From a virus (taxonomy: Duplodnaviria > Caudoviricetes), in the IMG/VR virus record IMGVR_UViG_3300028393_000172, positions 1-37,026 of that record: a stretch of DNA of 37,026 nt; one strand, written 5' to 3'. Position 1 is the stretch's first letter. Each line of letters starts with the position of its first letter. A model generated the notes under the pieces. That model made no database searches and was not told the origin of the DNA. It saw only the letters and a program-made list of their open reading frames with translations. This document shows positions 34,140-37,026 of the stretch, piece by piece. The translations under genes and the position numbers were made by a program.

Positions 34140-35186
34140 ATGTCAAATCTATTAAAGGAGGCAATTGCCGACGCTAAGGCGGTTCGTGCTACTGCTCTCG
34201 CAAATGCAAAGGCTGCATTGGAAGAAGCTTTTAATACAAAAGCTGAAGCTATGTTAGCCGAAAAACTCAAACAAGAAATTTCTTCTGAAGAAGAAGGTAG
34301 TGGAATGGAAGATGAAGTCGTTTCTACTTCGGGTATCGGATCGGGTGGCGTTGGTTCCAGTCACGCTCCTAAAGCTGATCATGGTGTAACTACCCCAGAT
34401 CCAGGCGCTGCCGCTGGACATCTCGCAGGTTCAATGGAAGATGAAGGTCATCTCAGTGGTTCCTCGGAAGAAGAAGTTGTCACCAATGAAGAATTGGACG
34501 AAATTCTCAAGGAATTAGAACAAGAATTAAACGCAGGCGAAGCTGCTCCAGAAGCTCCACATGATGAAGCACCAGAAGCACCAGTTGCTCCCGAAGCACC
34601 AGTTGCTCCAGAATCACCAGTTGCTCCCGAAGCACCAGTTGCTACTGTCGCTCCCGAAGAAGTTAAAACCGAAGACATGGACGAGGAAATCGATCTCAAT
34701 GAACTTCTTTCTTCTTTGAGCGAGAGTTCTGACGAGGAAGACGATGATGAAGAAGAAGACGAAGAAAGTAAGAAAGAAGAAGAAGAAGGTAAGAAAATCA
34801 AGTCAGACTTGAATGAAGCTTACAAGGTAATTGAATATCTTCGTACTCAAATCAACGAAATCAATTTGTTGAACAGTAAGTTGCTTTATACCAACAAGTT
34901 GTTCAACGGATTCAACTTGACCAAGGGACAAAAGACCAAGGTCGTTGAAACATTTGACTTAGCGAAGAGTATTCGTGAAGTCAAGTATGCATACACAATT
35001 TTGTCCGAATCATATAGTTCCGGTGGATCAACCGTCAAGAAAACCAATACGGTTGCCAAGAATATCACCGAAGGTTTGGCAAGTAAACCAGTCGCATCAA
35101 CAGCACCTTCAAAGAGTGTTATTGTTGAAAATAGCAATGTAATGGCTTCAAGATTCCAAAAACTCGCAGGAATCAAGAAGAAGTAA
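34140..35186 (+). CDS. Prohead core scaffolding protein (gp22-like)
   Basis: Helical N- and C-terminal coiled coils with a very acidic middle; C-terminal RFQKLAGI; immediately upstream of the capsid gene. Confidence 0.75.
   Translation: MSNLLKEAIADAKAVRATALANAKAALEEAFNTKAEAMLAEKLKQEISSEEEGSGMEDEVVSTSGIGSGGVGSSHAPKADHGVTTPDPGAAAGHLAGSMEDEGHLSGSSEEEVVTNEELDEILKELEQELNAGEAAPEAPHDEAPEAPVAPEAPVAPESPVAPEAPVATVAPEEVKTEDMDEEIDLNELLSSLSESSDEEDDDEEEDEESKKEEEEGKKIKSDLNEAYKVIEYLRTQINEINLLNSKLLYTNKLFNGFNLTKGQKTKVVETFDLAKSIREVKYAYTILSESYSSGGSTVKKTNTVAKNITEGLASKPVASTAPSKSVIVENSNVMASRFQKLAGIKKK
34572..34643 (+). repeat. Four 18-nt tandem repeats encoding PE(A/S)PVA
   Basis: CC(A/C)GAA(G/T)CACCAGTTGCT x4. 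Confidence 0.9.
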
Positions 35187-35228
35187 AACTTAAGCGAGTA
35201 TAATCCAAACAAATAAAATAGAAATTAT

Positions 35229-36917
35229 ATGAATGATATCAAGTCATTATTGACAAACAACATGAATCCACAAGCCAAATTGATGGCTGAAACCCGTGGA
35301 TTACAATCAAAGTGGGATAAGACTGGCTTGCTCGAAGGTCTACAAGGATCTGAAAAAGCAAACATGAGTATCTTGCTTGAAAATCAAGCAAAACAATTGC
35401 TTGACGAAGCTACATCAACCGGTACTTCCGCAAATAGTGAACAATGGGCCGGCGTCGCTCTCCCACTCGTTCGCCGTGTATTCGCTGAAATCAGCGCAAA
35501 GGAATTCGTGAGTGTACAACCCATGAATCTTCCTTCAGGTCTGATCTTCTATCTAGACTTCAAGTATGGTACAGGCGTTCCTTCCGCCACAAACACCGAT
35601 TACTCAGGATCAGGTAATAACTCAGTATTTGGTGGAACTTCCACTGCAAAACTCGGTTCTACCGATGATGCCGTCGGTGGTTTCTATGGTGCAGGTCGTT
35701 ATGGTTACACCGAAAAGTGGAATGTTGCGGCATTCGCCGCAGTTTCTACTGCTTCCGCAACCTTTAACGATCTTGATTTGGATTCTTCTTATAGTTCCAG
35801 TACATTAGCATTCACCGGAACCAAGATTACTGTTGGAATCGGTGCAAATACCTCAAATATTGATTTGAACGCAGCTCGTTCACTTCAAATTTCAGGTTCC
35901 GGTATCACCTTTAATAACATCTTAAATGATTTAACTAAGGTATTGAATACTGGTTCTTTGGCCAATCCATATTATCAATTGGTGTTTGTTCATAGCGGTT
36001 CTGTAGCCGGTTTGACTGGAACCAATGCTTATGTCTTATACTCAACTCAACCCACTGATAGTACTCGCGGTGACTTTGAAGATAAGTTTACTCCTGCTGG
36101 TGCCGGAACATCTGGTTTATCCGCTGATATCGGTATTCCTGAAGTCAACTTGGAACTCAAGAGTGAGCCAATCGTTGCTAAGACCCGTAAGTTGAAAGCA
36201 GTTTGGACTCCTGAACTTGCTCAAGACTTGAACGCATATCACTCTATTGATGCAGAAGCAGAACTTACTGCTCTCTTGAGTGAATATGTTTCAATGGAAA
36301 TTGACTTGGAAATCTTAGACATGTTAATCACCGCTGCTCCTGCTGTCACAACTGAAGCTTGGAGTGCTGCAATCGGAACAGAGTTCACTGGTAAGAGTGT
36401 ATCTGCTTCTGGCGCAGTAACATGGAATCGTACCGTTGATATTACTACCAAGACTGCTTACGTCAAGAGCACTTGGTTCCAAACTCTTGGTAACAAGATC
36501 CAAAAGGTCTCTAACAAGATTCATCAATTGACCCTCCGTGGTGGTGCTAACTTCTTGGTCTGTGGACCTGACGTTGCTACCATCTTGGAATCAATTCCAG
36601 GATATGTTGTGAACACCGATGGTGATAGTGCTAAGTTCGCAATGGGTGTAAGTAAGGTTGGTAGCTTCGCAAGTCGCTTCCAAGTATATAAGAACCCTTA
36701 TATGCAAGAAAACACCATCTTGGTTGGTTTCCGTGGAAATAATTTCCTTGAAACGGGTGCGGTGTACAGCCCGTACATTCCTCTAGTCCAAACTCCTTTG
36801 GTCTATGATCCCGTCAACTTCACCCCACGTAGAGGTGTAATGACTCGTTATGCCAAGAAAGTCGTAAGACCAGAATTCTACGGCAAAATCTATGTCGCTG
36901 ACTTGGATCAAGTCTAA
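35229..36917 (+). CDS. Major capsid protein (T4 gp23-like)
   Basis: LPLVRR, VSVQPMNLPSGLIFYL, AKTRKLKAVWTPELAQDLNAYH, YSPYIPL and FTPRRGVMTRYA motifs. Confidence 0.96.
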   Translation: MNDIKSLLTNNMNPQAKLMAETRGLQSKWDKTGLLEGLQGSEKANMSILLENQAKQLLDEATSTGTSANSEQWAGVALPLVRRVFAEISAKEFVSVQPMNLPSGLIFYLDFKYGTGVPSATNTDYSGSGNNSVFGGTSTAKLGSTDDAVGGFYGAGRYGYTEKWNVAAFAAVSTASATFNDLDLDSSYSSSTLAFTGTKITVGIGANTSNIDLNAARSLQISGSGITFNNILNDLTKVLNTGSLANPYYQLVFVHSGSVAGLTGTNAYVLYSTQPTDSTRGDFEDKFTPAGAGTSGLSADIGIPEVNLELKSEPIVAKTRKLKAVWTPELAQDLNAYHSIDAEAELTALLSEYVSMEIDLEILDMLITAAPAVTTEAWSAAIGTEFTGKSVSASGAVTWNRTVDITTKTAYVKSTWFQTLGNKIQKVSNKIHQLTLRGGANFLVCGPDVATILESIPGYVVNTDGDSAKFAMGVSKVGSFASRFQVYKNPYMQENTILVGFRGNNFLETGAVYSPYIPLVQTPLVYDPVNFTPRRGVMTRYAKKVVRPEFYGKIYVADLDQV

Positions 36918-36944
36918 GATTAATCAATAATCTTCAATGAATAC

Positions 36945-36974
36945 AAGGCTTCCATGAAAATGGAAGCCTTTTTT
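36945..36974 (+). terminator. Rho-independent terminator
   Basis: AAGGCTTCCAT-GAAA-ATGGAAGCCTT followed by a T-tract. Confidence 0.92.
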
Positions 36975-37026
36975 ATTGCATTTATTATAAGTTTCAAAAA
37001 AATTACAACGGTCTCTGGGAAATTAG

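Noticed and set aside
1-37026. Stop-codon reassignment (no accepted gene ends in TAG)
   Set aside because: Conserved genes are full length in the standard code and none is broken by an in-frame TAG or TGA. Avoidance of TAG alone is expected at low GC.
1-37026. CRISPR array, tRNA, rRNA or group I intron
   Set aside because: I saw no spaced direct repeats or cloverleaf structures. Intergenic gaps are short (about 100 nt or less), and conserved genes are not interrupted at the DNA level.

Overview
This 37-kb AT-rich window comes from a large, T4-superfamily-like myophage. It is almost fully coding on the + strand in the standard genetic code. Gene order: baseplate/tail structural genes (Ser/Thr-rich; with DNRLRE-like, LamG-like, FG-GAP and dockerin-like modules), a RuvC-like resolvase, a DUF2786-like protein, primase, a fused Mre11/SbcD-Rad50/SbcC, tail sheath, large terminase, an intein-containing portal, prohead protease, small putative head proteins, scaffold and major capsid protein. 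Four endonuclease-type selfish elements are present: an HNH intein in the portal, two paralogous KYG-repeat/Vsr-like nuclease/GNAT(Mom-like) fusions, and a decayed GIY-YIG gene. The most notable items missed by the ORF track are: (1) an orphan RuvC N-terminus, an RHH gene and the GIY-YIG remnant directly upstream of an intact ruvC that has a different N-terminus, which looks like 5'-end replacement; (2) a TATTTATA/TATATATW promoter motif and a sigma70 promoter, both placed so that several mRNAs would be leaderless; (3) a structured leader before the scaffold-capsid operon; (4) a baseplate protein apparently split into two genes at an FG-GAP propeller insertion. All family calls come from reading motifs by eye; no database search was run.
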